Shown: positions 38,335 to 50,745 of the stretch, piece by piece
Position numbering within the stretch: the first letter of the stretch is position 1
How the letters are laid out: every line of letters starts with the position of its first letter
Source of the DNA: Raillietiella orientalis
Lineage: Eukaryota
Direction of reading: 5' to 3'
Length of the DNA: 64,000 nt
Assembly: GCA_036172245.1 (NCBI GenBank)
Contig: JAYWIR010000015.1
Span: 1,302,001-1,366,000, forward strand
Made by a program: the position numbers and the translations under genes
The notes under the pieces: generated by a model
The model's input: only the letters and a program-made list of their open reading frames with translations
Told to the model about the DNA's origin: nothing
Database searches by the model: none

Positions 38335-38487
38335 CTTGCTGCTGCCTTTCCTCCCTCTCTCACCAACCCCACTTCTCCCTCACGACTCAAAAACGCCTCC
38401 TGGAAATTTGCCGCGCCCAAGGAAGAGGAGAAGACAGAATCCCTGTCCATGGAGAGCGATGCCTGCAAGAAGGAGGGGTCCCTGCTG
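38335..38487 (+). repeat. Inverted duplication, left arm (partner 39065-39221)
   Basis: Aligns to the reverse complement of the right arm at roughly 75-80% identity. Peptides LLLPF..PHDSKTPPG / APKEEEKTESLSMES..KKEGSLL. Confidence 0.88.
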
Positions 38488-39064
38488 CTGCACAGCACCG
38501 CTCTTCCTCTAGAGATGCTCGCGGAGCATCCCTCGGGAAGATATCTCCCGCCTCCTTCATGAGAAAGCTGCCTGTGATCGGCGTCGTCCCTCTGGTGATG
38601 GACAGGCATCCCGCTGGGAACGCCCACGACCAGCCTCCAAGGGGAGGGCCCTTCTTGGAGCAACTGCTCATCCTGTCTTCAGTCTGACTTTAGAACGCCG
38701 AGGGAGAGGCACAGGAGGAACGCACGAGTTGCCAAGACACTCGTCCTGGTGAGGCTCCTCGGAGCGGGCGGCGGCGCTAGACCGCTTGAAGTCCTCGCGC
38801 GGATCTTCGAGTGATCACTGGATCTCGGCAGGGTCGGACGAAGGAAGTAGGCGCTAAACGGCGGAAGGGCCTACAGGTCTTGAGGGGGGGAAGGGTGCCC
38901 TCATTATCTTGACTCCAAAGGTTTTACCAGAGAGGATTCCTCCTCCCCGTTCGGCAAGAGAGAAGAAGAAGGAAGCGCGCCCATTGGGACGTCCCTCTGT
39001 CTCTTCTTCCGTCTCACACGGTGGGCGGGGCTCTCTCTCGAGAAAGGAGGGTAAGGCCGCGGGA

Positions 39065-39221
39065 CAGCAGGGACCCCTCTTTCCTGCGAGCAGCACTCTC
39101 CAGGGATAGGGATTCTGTCTTCTCCCCTTCCTTGGGTGCGTCAGGCTTCCCAGGAGGCGATTTCGAGTCATGAGGGAGAAGCAGTGGGGTTCGAGGGGAA
39201 GAAGGGAAAGGAAGCAGCAAG
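39065..39221 (-). repeat. Inverted duplication, right arm (partner 38335-38487)
   Basis: Minus strand reads LLLPFPSSPRTPLLLPHDSKSPPGKPDAPKEGEKTESLSLESAARRKEGSLL in one frame. Confidence 0.88.
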
Positions 39222-41504
39222 CAATAGGTCTTTTTCCTTCTTCGACGTGCTCCCCCTTTTGTTTTCTCTCTTACTGCCCTTGTCCTCCTCACTCTCCTCT
39301 CCTGCTTCTGTCTCTCTTCCTTTCTTTGTTATCCTTTGTCCCTCCTCGTCGTTCACCTCCCTCGCTCTTAGAGAGGCGCTAGAGACTAGAGGCTTCCTGT
39401 TCCCCTTTGCCCACCACAGCCTTTCAGGAGGGGATGCCGCAAAGAAAAGATCAGGAGGAGGAGACGAGGGAGAAGCGGAAGGGGTCGGTGAAGCATCCGA
39501 GGAACGTCCGAAGCCAGGAGCCAGAAGGCAGTTGGAGATAGGGATGGGGGGGTATGGGTGTGGAGTTTCCGGAGCTGCTCCTGGAACCTGTTCCGCCAGG
39601 CTGCTTCTTGCACCGAGAGAGCTGCAGCCGCGCCACGGCCGTCGCTGTCATCAGCGCCATAAATACTTGAGGTAACCGAAGGAGGGGAGAGAAAGCGCGC
39701 GAGAGAGAGAGCGAAGGAAGAAGAAGAAGAAGGAGGAAGAAAAAAACTGGCGGATGCTGCAGTCGACAAGGAAGGCAATAAACATCGAGAGGAGAATCCA
39801 AAGCGGCTGGCGCCTGCTCGGATGCGGATTGCGTCAGAGCGGGCGCGCCGCACGCGTCCCGCGAGCCTCTCCGGAGCACGGCGGGCCGCTGCTGCTGCCG
39901 CTAAATCGGGATGCGGCGTCTCCGATCGCGAGCACGGGCCCGAGGTAGGAGGCGGGGGCGGCGCAGGCGAGGACGTGCAGCGGTCGCCATCAGGTCGGCT
40001 CTTTCCCTCACCATTCGCTCCATCAGGACCCTCGGGGAGGTTTCGCGGCTGCTTCCCTTCCTCGCCCGTTTCTTCTCTTTCTCCTCCTCTCCTTCCCGCA
40101 CAGCCCCAGGAACGCCGAGGACACTCCCACTGCCTCCACCGGGCGCGTCGCGTCCCTCCGCGCCTCGCCGACGGGGACCGCGCGAACGACAGTCGCGCGC
40201 GAAGGCCACGAGTGAGGGAGGGGCAGGTGGGGAAGGAGATGGGAGAATGAAGGAGGACGAGCTCTCGCAGGACCGGGGTTCCCCTTGGTAACCATACTCA
40301 GCATCTCCCGGAGCGCGCGCGGCACCTCCCGTTCGGGATTCCTATCGCGTGAGAGCGGACTCCGGACGAATTCCTCCCGCCATTCGATCGAGAATTTTCC
40401 CCTTCCCGTTAGTCCCTCCCCTCTCTCCTCGGGAGCTCCCGCGAAGACGACCTTCCGCGAGGGGATGCGAGACTCCCTGCTTCCGGATCCGCGCGGATCC
40501 GGGGGGCGGGAGCAAGAGGGAAGGGCGCCGGAGCAAACCCGTGAGAAGGGCCAGGACCGCTGCTGCCCTTCTCCTCCCGCGGGAACCTAAGTCTCGCCCC
40601 TTCCTCACGCTCAGGAGTCGATCCGCCTGAGGGAGCTGAAAGGAGGAGGCCAGCCTCCTCCTCGCTTCAGCCTTGCATCTCTCGAGAACCTGAGAGGAAA
40701 GGGCTGGGGAGTGAAGGACCGGAAGGGACGGGCGAGAGACATCTGCAGAAGGAGTGGAGGCAACGCGAGGTTTCCGGGGAGCCATCCCCGTGCGTCCTCC
40801 CCACCTCTGCTACAGCCTCCCTGTCCCCGGGGGAGGATGCTGAAGCTCTGCGTCGGCAAAGGCGTTTCCTCCTTCCTCCCCTTCCTTCTCCCCTTTGGAG
40901 GCCCCTCGCCAGGAGGAGGGAGGGCTCTTCCCCTTCCTCCAGTCGGTGGCAGCCGGCAACTCTCGGCGACACCAGCGGAGGGAACTGCGGCGCAGCCTCC
41001 CGGACGGACGGATATCCCAGTTGCTATGACGACCCGGCGCCATCAACGGAGAGATGGTCGGGGGCCTCCGGAATCGCCGATCCTCTCGAGCTGCCTGCTC
41101 CCCTCCCCCCTTCCTTCTCAGAGACGTGCCTGATCCCCTCTGTAGGAGGAAAGAAAGGGGAAGAGGAAGGTGCAAGGGCTGCACCAACAGCGGCCATTTG
41201 GTCCTCGCGCCCGAACCGCTGCAAAGTGGCTCCATCTCTCCCCCCTCCCCCCTCCACTGGAAGGTCTGTGCGCGTCTTGCTGCAGCACCCATTTGCCCGA
41301 GACTTGCTAGACCCGTTGACACTCCGCTGCAGGGCGTAGCCAGACGATTCTCCCTCTCCTCCAGCCGATTCGCTGCGTCCAGGACGTCTGTGCACCTCGT
41401 CCCGAAGGAAGGGTCAGAAACGGCGTGCATAACATGCGCCCTGAGTGCGTCCCCTCCCCCCTTCCGTTTCGGGAGCCTGTGCGCTGCATTCGCGCCGAAA
41501 AGTT

Positions 41505-41514
41505 CTAAAAATAG
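41505..41514. promoter_or_regulatory. MEF2-consensus site
   Basis: CTAAAAATAG, the canonical MEF2 element. Motif match only. Confidence 0.3.
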
Positions 41515-44500
41515 CCGGGGATTTCGGGAAGAAGGAAGAAGAGTGAGGAATGATGGGATGAGAATTTGTCTGCTGGGAAGCAGCCTCCCAGCCACTCCCA
41601 TCAATGCCAAGATTCCAAGATTCCCGACCGGTTCGACGAGTCGTCGCGCCGCCGGGAGCCGCCCACTGCTCCCTACGAGGAAAGGGAATGAGAGAGGGGA
41701 GAGGCGCTCTGCCTCCCACCTGCTGCTCCCGGGAGAAGCATCTCTGCCGTCTCTAGGAGAATCCTGGGCACCCGAAGAAGAGCCAGCATCACTCCTTCGC
41801 TTTCCGGGTTCCCCCCGACCTTCGTTGCTCAGGAGGAAAGGAGGAAAGAGGGAGAGAGCGGGGGAAGGGGGGTGCGCCCTCCCCGGAACTAGCAGCTCCG
41901 GATGCGAGAGGAAAGCGTTAGCGTCAGGGAAACTCTTCGCTCCAGGGAGCGACGAGAGAAGGAAGGCGACTGAGATGCGACCCGGGAAAGCAGCCACATG
42001 GGAGGAGGAGGGGCTCGAGACGCTTTCCGGGAAGGGGAGGAACCTATGAAATGGGCAGAGAAGACGATCGGGACGGAGGGGAGAGCCCGAGAGAACGGTT
42101 CCCAGGAGCGAGGGGGAGCTCCCGGGGAAAAAGGAAGGGTCCTTGGAGGTGGGCACCAACAAGGGTTTCCCAGCTCTCCACGGACGCCGTCGGGAAGGAG
42201 CTCTCCCGGAGACGCGGCCTCTGCTTCCTCCTCGAGGGCCGGAGAAGGACGGAGCGCCTCGGGCGAGTCCTCCGAGCGCCCTTCGAGCCGCGGCCCGAAG
42301 GGGCGAGGCGAAAAGGGGTCGGGTCCCCCAACCTCCCCCAGGCACGGACGGGGGCAGCGTGCTGGGAGGCCCTCCTGGAGTGGCAGAGTCCGTGGCTCCA
42401 GGATCCGTCCCTGTAGGTCGCTATAAGGAGGGGAGGAAGATCGGCAGCGGCGACTGTGCGGCACACTCCCGAGTGACCCCTGACCCTCTACCTGCAAAAG
42501 GGACTTCTCGGTTCCTCGGCGCCTGTCCCGGAGGAAAGCGAAAGGGGGAGCGCGGAAGGAGGAAAGTCCGAGAAGGGAGGGAGGAACCGGGAAGGAGAGG
42601 GGGGGAGTGGCTCCAGGTCCCTGGTAGGATTCGCAGGGAATTCCTGAAAGTTTCCTCTCCTGTTCATTCCCTTGGGACTCAGCGAGGAAGAAAGGTTTCG
42701 CGGCTGCTTCCCGTCTCGCCCGCTTCTCCTTCAGGAAAGCCCCGTTCTTCCGGGAGCCGCGACCTTCCTCCCGAAGGTCGCGGCTCCCGGAGCGCCCCTG
42801 CCGTTTCCCAGACGTTCGCGCCGGGAGGCGAGGGGGAGTCTCCTCGCTCCCTGCTGGATTTGGGGACCGGTGACCGGGAAAGTCGAGCGCGCTAAGTTTC
42901 CTCTTAGAAGGAGGGAGGTCTCCGGGCAAATCAAGAGAAGTGGGAAGGAAGGTTTCTCCCGTCCCCCAGGCCCTCTCTCTGCGTGATCCCGAGAGATAGG
43001 AGAGAGAGCTGCGACGAAAGGAGGGGAGCGGAAAGAGCCGGAAGGTCCCGAGGTCGCTGAGAGAGGGGGGAGATGCCTGCCCCAGGGACGGGCGAAAGGG
43101 GGGGAGGCGAAATTCCCTCCTCCCCTCCCGGCGCCTGCTCTCTTCTCTCCTCTTTGTCCTTGTCTCCGCATCTTCTTTTGGGGATCGGGGTTCAGCTGCT
43201 CCCGAATGGGATGGGGAGAAAGAGATGGGGGAGAAGAGAGAGAGAGGAGAGGACACAGCATGGGCGCGCCCCGCTCCTCGCAGGAGCGCCGGGAAGAACG
43301 AGCGGCGCCACCCCACCATTCCTTCCCCACATCTTCTCGGGAGACTCTCGCAGGCGCCCCTTCCGCCCTTCCCCGTCCCCGCTCGACCTCCCAGTCTCTG
43401 AATCCCCCGCTTTTCTCCGAAGAAGTGGGGAGGGAAGGAAGAAAGGGATCCACGGCCCGTCTTCCTGGGGGCAGAAAAAGGCGGGGTAGGGTGCGACCTT
43501 TACTCCCTCCCACCCTGTCAATCCCCGCAGCCGCCGCTCTCCTCCCTCCTTTCCGGACCGGCAAGGCTCTCTCCGGAGCCACTGCTCCCTCCCCCGCGTG
43601 GAACGCCCGCCGCAGGTCTCAGGCGAAGGGCCCGGCTCGCTTCCGGAGGAGATCGCCGAGGCACCTCCCTTCTCGTCCCCCCTCGCGGGGTGCGCGCGGC
43701 ACCGTCCCAAACACCATCCGGTGATTCTTCCCGGAGTCCGCTCCTACACCAGCGGAGCCAGCTCGACCCCGCCCTTTGCCTTGGGGCGCAGGGATGGGGA
43801 GCCTCTGCGGAAGTCGGCGACCGACCCGGGGAGGAGCGCTCGAGCGTCTGGACGAGGGAAAAGCTGCCGCTTCCCTGCGGGCAGCCTACCGGAAAGTCTG
43901 CCGTAGACCGCCAGGAATGAACCGGTTCGTTCCCAGAGGGACCTGGAAGGGACGGACGGACACTCCTGGAGGGGGGACTCAGGAATCGTCTTCGTCGGAC
44001 AACATTCTCCCTCCTCTCCCAAGTGTGGTGAAGGTGGATGGCAGCGTCCGCTCCAATGGACAACCGGTCCACTTGCCGTTGCGCGGGAACCCGTGGAGTC
44101 TGGGGAGGAGGAAGAGGGAAAAGGGACGGGGAGAAGGAGGAGGCGTCGAAGAGGAAAAGGCCGTAAAGAGGCTCTGCGGTTTCTTCGGATGCAGCTGCCT
44201 GCCGATGTGCCTTCTCCAAGCAGAGGGGTCATCCGGAGTTCCAGGAGCCGGCAAGTGAGCTCAGGAGGAAGAAGAGGAGCAGGAACCGGAGAGAGGAATG
44301 GTCCAGCAGCCTCAGGCTCTCCCTCCGCGACCAGGTGAAGCACCGAGATGCTTTTAGCATCTTCATGGGTCCTTGGGGATCCTTCCCTGCCGCGCAAGAA
44401 GGACCGTCGGTTTCTAGCACTCGCAGCTGCTGCAGGGATGCTGACCTCCAGAGACAGCAGCAGCAGCGCAGACCCACTAGGTGAATGCCGAGCTCCGGAA

Positions 44501-45762
44501 GTTCAGGGTCCCTCGAGTCCGCGCGGGGTGGAGCCCACCAGAGGCTTCGGAGTTGCCAGGCTGCACAGGTCTGAATATGCCGTTTTCCTCTGGATCTTGC
44601 GAAATCGCATGCCGACCTCTACCTGTGGACCCCGCAAAAGGCAACTTCAGAGGAGGCGGCACTGAGGCTTCAGGGAGGAGGAGAAGGGAGGGAAGCGTGC
44701 GGGGAATCTCCGTCCCCTTGAAGATATCTGAAGACAGGCAGGATGGTTGCGGTCGCGGAGGTGGGGGTGGAAAGATGGAGTCCGGAAGCCGACGAGTGGC
44801 AGATGGTGACCGGCGCCTCGAGGTATCCAGCTAGAGGATAGCTCGAGGACGATTGGAGACTCTCACCCTGTTCCTCCCTGAATCTACCCTTCCTCCGCAA
44901 CGTCTTGCCCTTGCAGGCGGTGCCACCGACATACCTTTCAGGGACAGATGCCCCTGCAGGAGCTCCGAAGGAGCCCGTGGACTCTATCCTGGAAGGCAGA
45001 GCAGGCCGGGAGATTGGGTCGGGTTGCAAGGCTGCTCGTCTGGATGGGGAACAGACGTCTCCAGCTTTTCTGTAAGCGTTCCTGCGTCGCCGCTAGTCAG
45101 CGGTGCTCTCAGTGTCCTTCGAGACGCAGCCTCCCGCCAGATTCATCCCTAAAGGACAATCTCGTATCCCGAACTCTTCACACGGCCAGACCGTGCCGAA
45201 TCGGGAGGCTCACCAAGGAGGCATGCAGAAACGACGCACCCGGCTCGCTCCTCCGGAGACGGAAAGACTCCCCCTCATGGTGCCCGCAGACGACGGCCTC
45301 CTTCTCTTCCGTTCTGGACGCCGGCGACGAATAGAGCGGGACGGGTGGCGGCTAGACCGGAGCTCCTGATGTGACCCCTGGAGGCTGCTGCGTCCCTCCC
45401 CGGATCGCGCTGAGCACGCCCTAACGTTGAAAGGGCAGGGCCGACGGATCCGAGATGTTTTTCGGCGGTTCGAGGGAATGGGGGGTTGCTTCCGAAGATT
45501 TCCTGGTCCCCCTCCAGGATCACACCAGAGCAGCACCTTTCTGGCGTTCCTGCCGACGGATGGCACTTTGGCCAGGAGGAGATCTGCTCGTGTAAGCAAG
45601 GATTTCCAGGAGCAAGGGAAGAGAGCGACGTTCGGGAGAGACGTGGAAAGAACGGGGACGCTTCTTCAGTCGTGGACCCACGCGGTCGAAGAACTGCAGT
45701 GCAGTTCCTTCAGTAGAGGAAGTGGGGAAGGGTCAAGAGGTCAAGGCCATATCAGTAGAAAG

Positions 45763-45960
45763 ATGCCGTTCTTCCCGGAGGCGAAGTACATCGGAGAGCT
45801 GGAGGCGAAAGTGCGAGTCTCAGGGATTTCGCTCGAGGCACCTTTACACGAAGCGCCCTGATTGAGAGAGCAGGCAACAAAGGTTGTGTGAGTGAACGTC
45901 GACTTGACCTTTGAGGTCCTCTCTGACGTCGAAAGGCCAGAAGACAACCATCCGGAACGA
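45763..45960 (+). pseudogene. Coding-like fragment with two in-frame TGA
   Basis: MPFFPEAKYIGELEAKVRVSGISLEAPLHEAP*LREQATKVV*VNVDLTFEVLSDVERPEDNH, with TGA at 45859 and 45889. No homologue recognised. Confidence 0.3.
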
Positions 45961-46251
45961 AGAAAGCGGGGTGGTTCTTCAGTCAGCTCCTCCTCCTCCT
46001 CTTCCTCCTCTGCCGCCCCCAACTCGCCGTCTTGCACTTCCATCCCTGCTCCTCTCCCATCTCATCAACATCATCACGATCTCCTCCCCTTCTCTCCGTT
46101 CCTCTGCTGCCACTTCTTCCTGTTCCTCTTTCCCCCTCCCGGTCGTGTGTGTTCCGAAGTGACGTTCCGGGAAATCACGGAAGATTAAAACCGATTTACG
46201 TGAACGAAAAGCATCCATCAGCAGGGCGGAACTACGAGTTAAAATTAGCTG

Positions 46252-46253
<2 letters not shown>

Positions 46254-46301
<48 letters not shown>

Positions 46302-46304
46302 GTC
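46254..46304 (+). repeat. (GTC)n microsatellite
   Basis: About 17 GTC/TTC triplets. Confidence 0.92.
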
Positions 46305-46544
46305 GTGGTTACCGCCACATCAGAGGGAAGCTGCGCGAGAGGGCTCACGCGCGGTCGAGTCGCGCATTCGCTCCTCGTCCCTCTTTCCCCCCTCCCCTCC
46401 GATTTTCTTCCTCTAGAGAGAGGAGCGGATGTGCTCCAGGGGGTGGCGAAGCGCCTGGCTGAGAGAACGCTTGGCGCGGGAGGTCTTCCGGAGATGTTCG
46501 CCCGTTCCCGCTCTGCGACACCGCGGCGCGGCAGCGTCAACAGT

Positions 46545-46700
46545 GCACGCTATTTATAGAAAGCCAACCGCTCGTTAATTATTGCGGATTCCTCAGCATT
46601 TGAAAGTCAGGCATGATGAATGCCCGCCGATGCGCATTCTCGCTCAAATTAACATCCGCCACGACCGATGACGAAAATATTCGGGAGACGGAAGCGCGGC
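46545..46700. promoter_or_regulatory. Enhancer-like AT-richer island with a MEF2 site and TAAT/ATTA cores
   Basis: CTATTTATAG at 46550-46559, followed by TTAATTATT and AAATTAAC in complex, non-periodic sequence flanked by simple repeats. Confidence 0.35.
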
Positions 46701-48056
46701 CATTTTTCTTTCTCCCTTTCCTTTTCTTCCTTTTTTCGCTTCGCCCCCCCCCCCCCTCTTTTTTTTTTTTTTTTGATTTCTTCCCCTTCTTCCTTCCTTG
46801 CTTGCGTGTGCCGTTCCGTCCTCCTGCCCCTCCTCCTTCCCGAAGGCACAGGAACCTAATTCCCTTCTAATTTTCGCATTGTTCTTTCGGATCGGAGCCT
46901 CCCCTATTCATTTCACGCGCGCACTCCATTTCAGGAATACGGGTTCTTTTTATCCCTAGTTTTCCGAAAGGGATTCGGCGGAGGGAAAAAAGGGGGCAGA
47001 GGCAGCGAGAGGGAGGGTGGGAGGAAGGCAAAACTTTTTCGACCAAAAAAAAAAAAAGGAAACGAAAAGGGGGAGAAGAAAAAGTGGGAAACGACGATGG
47101 CGGAAATTTCCGGTCGCAGCGGCGCCGATCGGGACTTTCAGACGGGCTCTTCGAGCGCGGATCCCCGTTTTCTCCATCCCTGTTTTCTCACGCGCAGGAA
47201 GATCCTCGCCTCCCAGATGCACCCGAAAAGGATGGCACAAGATGGAAGGGGTGAAGGGGAGGATCAGAGAGCAGGAGGGAGAGGAAGGGGGAGAGCGAGG
47301 ACGGGACGGAGACACCAGCTTGCTTCCCGAAGAGGGGCCGCCAAAGCGCTCCACCGCGCGTTTTGGCCCGCCGACGGGGCAGCCGGGCAGGGATCGTAGG
47401 GAGAGGAGGACGAGGGATGGAGGGCATCAGGTGCGATGGCCCTCGGGGATGGAGAGCGTGGGAAGAAGAGGAAGAGGGCGAGGCCATCCGTCAGAGAGAG
47501 AAGGACCCACGACCCACCACAGAAAACGGACAAAGGGCACCTGCGAAAGGAAGGGAATGAGGAGGAATGCTCCCTGGGTCTACTTCTCCTTTCCTTCCCC
47601 TCCTTCCCTGCCGCATTCCTTACTCCCGTTCGTTCGGAAGTACTTCGCAGCTGGACCTGCGGTGCTCCTCCCACGAGGGAAAGCGGAGAAAAGGAAGGAG
47701 AAGGGTCAGAGCGGCAGCAGGGAAATGGCAGCTCCTTCCGTAGCTCCTCGCCTCCAGAGGCGTCCAAACGCTTCTCCCCCCCCCCCCATCCAAAGAGAGA
47801 GAAAAAAAAAAAAACGTGGGTGAAACCCCATGAGAGACTCCCATCCCGAGGAAAACCCAGTGCAATCGGCGATTTTCATGAAGATCCTGAGCGCTCCGGA
47901 AGGCAGCCGAGGGGAACGAAGGCGGCAAGCGTTTGTTCCCCGGAGGCACATCGGGGAACCTGGACCGTCACGATGAGCGGCAAGGGGAAAAGAGCGCGGA
48001 CTGGAAGGAAGGGAGGAGGAGGAGGAGGAAGAAGAAGAAGAAGAAGAAGAAGGAAC

Positions 48057-48195
48057 GAGAAGCAGCAGGGGAAGGAGGAGGAGGAGGAAGAGAGGAAGAG
48101 TAGGAACAAGAGAAGCAGCAGGGGAAGGAGGAGGAGGAGGAAGAGAGGAAGAGTAGGAACAAGAGAAGCAGCAGGGGGAGGAGGAGGAGGAAGGG
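48057..48195 (+). repeat. 53-bp purine-rich tandem repeat, about 2.5 copies
   Basis: Unit GAGAAGCAGCAGGGGAAGGAGGAGGAGGAGGAAGAGAGGAAGAGTAGGAACAA starts at 48057, 48110 and 48163. Confidence 0.92.
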
Positions 48196-50505
48196 GAGGG
48201 AACAAGACGCTGTTTAGCGCTAGCTTGGCCGCCGTCTTCGCATCTTCCACGAAGACGAGGGCGATTCCAGTCGGGAGGGAGGGAGAACGGCGCGCGATGA
48301 TGACTCCTCTCTACGCTGTCCGATTGGCTCTCTTCTCGAGCCTTCCATAAAGAGGCTAATGATGGCGTGCATCGCTTCCAATAAATCTGAGGCATCGGAT
48401 GAAGAAAGAAGCTGGAGAGCACAAGAAGCTAATTTACAATCATCTTCAGGGGAAAAAATTGGAGGGAGGCAGGGAGAGAGAGAGCGCGCGGTCTCTGCCG
48501 TCGCCGTTCCCGGTGGCGCTGAGCCGCCGTGCCTCACGGGAAGACGCGATCTTAAATCTCGCGAGCGGCAAAACGCGAGCAGTCAAACGCTCCCGCGAGG
48601 TACAAGAAGCGCCGCCGCCTCTTCCTCTTCGAGCGGGTATGATCGATTGGGAAGGCGTACGAGAGGCGAAGAAGAGGCCTGACGGTTCATAAAGAAGAGG
48701 CTGAGCCTCGCAGGAATGCTAATTTCAAAGCAGATCGGCTGGATTTCCACTCGGGGGGAGGAGGAGGAATCGTTTCTTCAGAGGAACCAGGAGATCGAAA
48801 ATAGAATTCCGCGCCGCCGGTGCCGACGGAGGCATCGCCTCGTGGATCACTGCGCAGGCTGCACACCGGTGTCCCCCTACCGCCCCCCCCCCGGTTTCGA
48901 AACGCTAAGAGTCCACCCCTTCCTATCCCTCCCCCCTTTCCTCCTTCCTCCACACTTGCGACTGTGGAGCGAAACCGAAAGGCAAGGAAGGAAGCTGCCG
49001 GAAAGTTCGTGAGGCGGTGTCCTCCCTCCTGGACCTCGGTTTCCGTCCCTCTTCGGGAGCGGAGCGGTCACAACTCCTGACTCGTCCTGGGCGCCGCTCG
49101 CGTGCCTCTCGGTGGAGGTCTCTCGAGGGAGGCGGCGCTCGCAGGAATCTCCCCCCTACCGTGCTCGGTTGCCGTTCGAGCGAAGGGACAGGGCCGGGTT
49201 GCCGAGGAGCCATGCCCACCTCGGCTCCGGCGGCGCTGGCGCAGGACGGAGCCAGACTGGCAGGATTGGAAGCGAACTGGGAGAGAAGGGCAAAAGGGCC
49301 GCGTGCGCGCAAGCGGAGGATTCGTGTGGACGGAGGAGGGAACGGCAGCAACGGGAGCAAAGGGAACCGAAAGGCAGAGAAGCGACCTTGAGGGACTCCA
49401 GACGGGTAGATGTAGCTTTGGTCTTCCACGCGGCAGGCGCGGGAGGACGCGACCTCCCGACGGACGAGGGCACGTGCCGCTGGAGCAGCCGCCGCGACGA
49501 ACGGACCTGCTGTGGCGGAACGTGAGTCGGGCTTCCGGATCTCCAAGGGGAAGGCCTTTCCCACCGCTCGCTCGTGCATCAGGAGAAGCGTCCCGCGGGA
49601 ACACACTCTTCCCCTCTGGAGAGCTACGAAGCGAGCAAAATGCGAGCCTCCTTCTCAGCGTGCCCACAGTGCTTTTTTTTTTTTTCGAGATCGAAGAATA
49701 TTCTGCCGAGGAGGGGCGTTCCCACGGACTTCAGCTCCTCATGAGCTGTGGAGGATGTGGGGAGAAAGAGGTCGAGCAAACTCTCCTAGCAGCATCGCCG
49801 TTCCCCGACGCTTATCCCTCCGTCCCTCCTTCCTGACCTCTTCCCTCTGCTTTTTAAACCGACACTTCCCTTTCTGCGCCCACCGGCTCGCCCTGGCTGC
49901 CGCCGCTGTCTGAGAAGTCGTTTCGTGGAAGGAGTGGCGTGGATCCTCCTTGCCTTCTGCAGGAGGATCCTTTGGGGCGAGAGGAATGGGGAGGAGAGGC
50001 GTTTTACCTTGGTCGGAATGTTCCATCCTCTTTCCCCGAGCTGCCGGGGAGTGTTCAAAGTGCTGCAGGAGCAATACGGCTTCCTATCTTCCCTCCCTCC
50101 CGCCCTTTTCTGCTACCGTCGGGTGCAGTTTGGCGGAGGCATCGCTTGGACGCGCCACCGTCATCAACGGCCGTTTCGCTCCCAAGTTCGCTCCCACTTC
50201 GCAGCAGCAGCAGCGTGCTCTTTCCTCTTCCTCCTCTTCCTCCCTTCGCTTCCCACCCGCTCTCCTCCTTTCCTTCTGCATGGACGCTATTGCGCTCGAC
50301 GTCTCCTCTTTTCTGGACGGCGGTTTCCATTTCCAATCCCCCCCTCCCCTTCGTTTCCGTGATGCGGAGCGATCGGAGCGCGCAGGCAGATTTCCCTTTC
50401 CTCCTTCCCCACCCTCCTCTCGGAAAAAGCAACAACAATCTTTTCTTCCCCCCTCCTTCCTCCTTCTCCTCCCTTCCCTCCGTCGCTCTGCCCGCGTCGC
50501 CACCT

Positions 50506-50745
50506 CCCCCCTTCTCCGCCGTCCTACAAAGCGCAGGCGCCGTCGTCGCCCCGCAACAATCGTTAACCCCTCCTCTCATCGTCGCAACAATCCCTTCCCC
50601 CCTTCTCCGCCGTCCTACAAAGCGCAGGCGCCGTCGTCGCCCCGCAACAATCGTTAACGCCTCCTCTCATCGTCGCAACAATCCCTTCCCCCCTTTTACG
50701 CAGTCCTACAAAACGCAGGCGCCGTCGTCGCCCCGCAACAATCGT
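50506..50745 (+). repeat. 91-bp tandem repeat, about 2.6 copies
   Basis: GTCCTACAAA recurs at 50521, 50612 and 50703. The unit itself contains CGCAACAATC twice. Confidence 0.95.
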
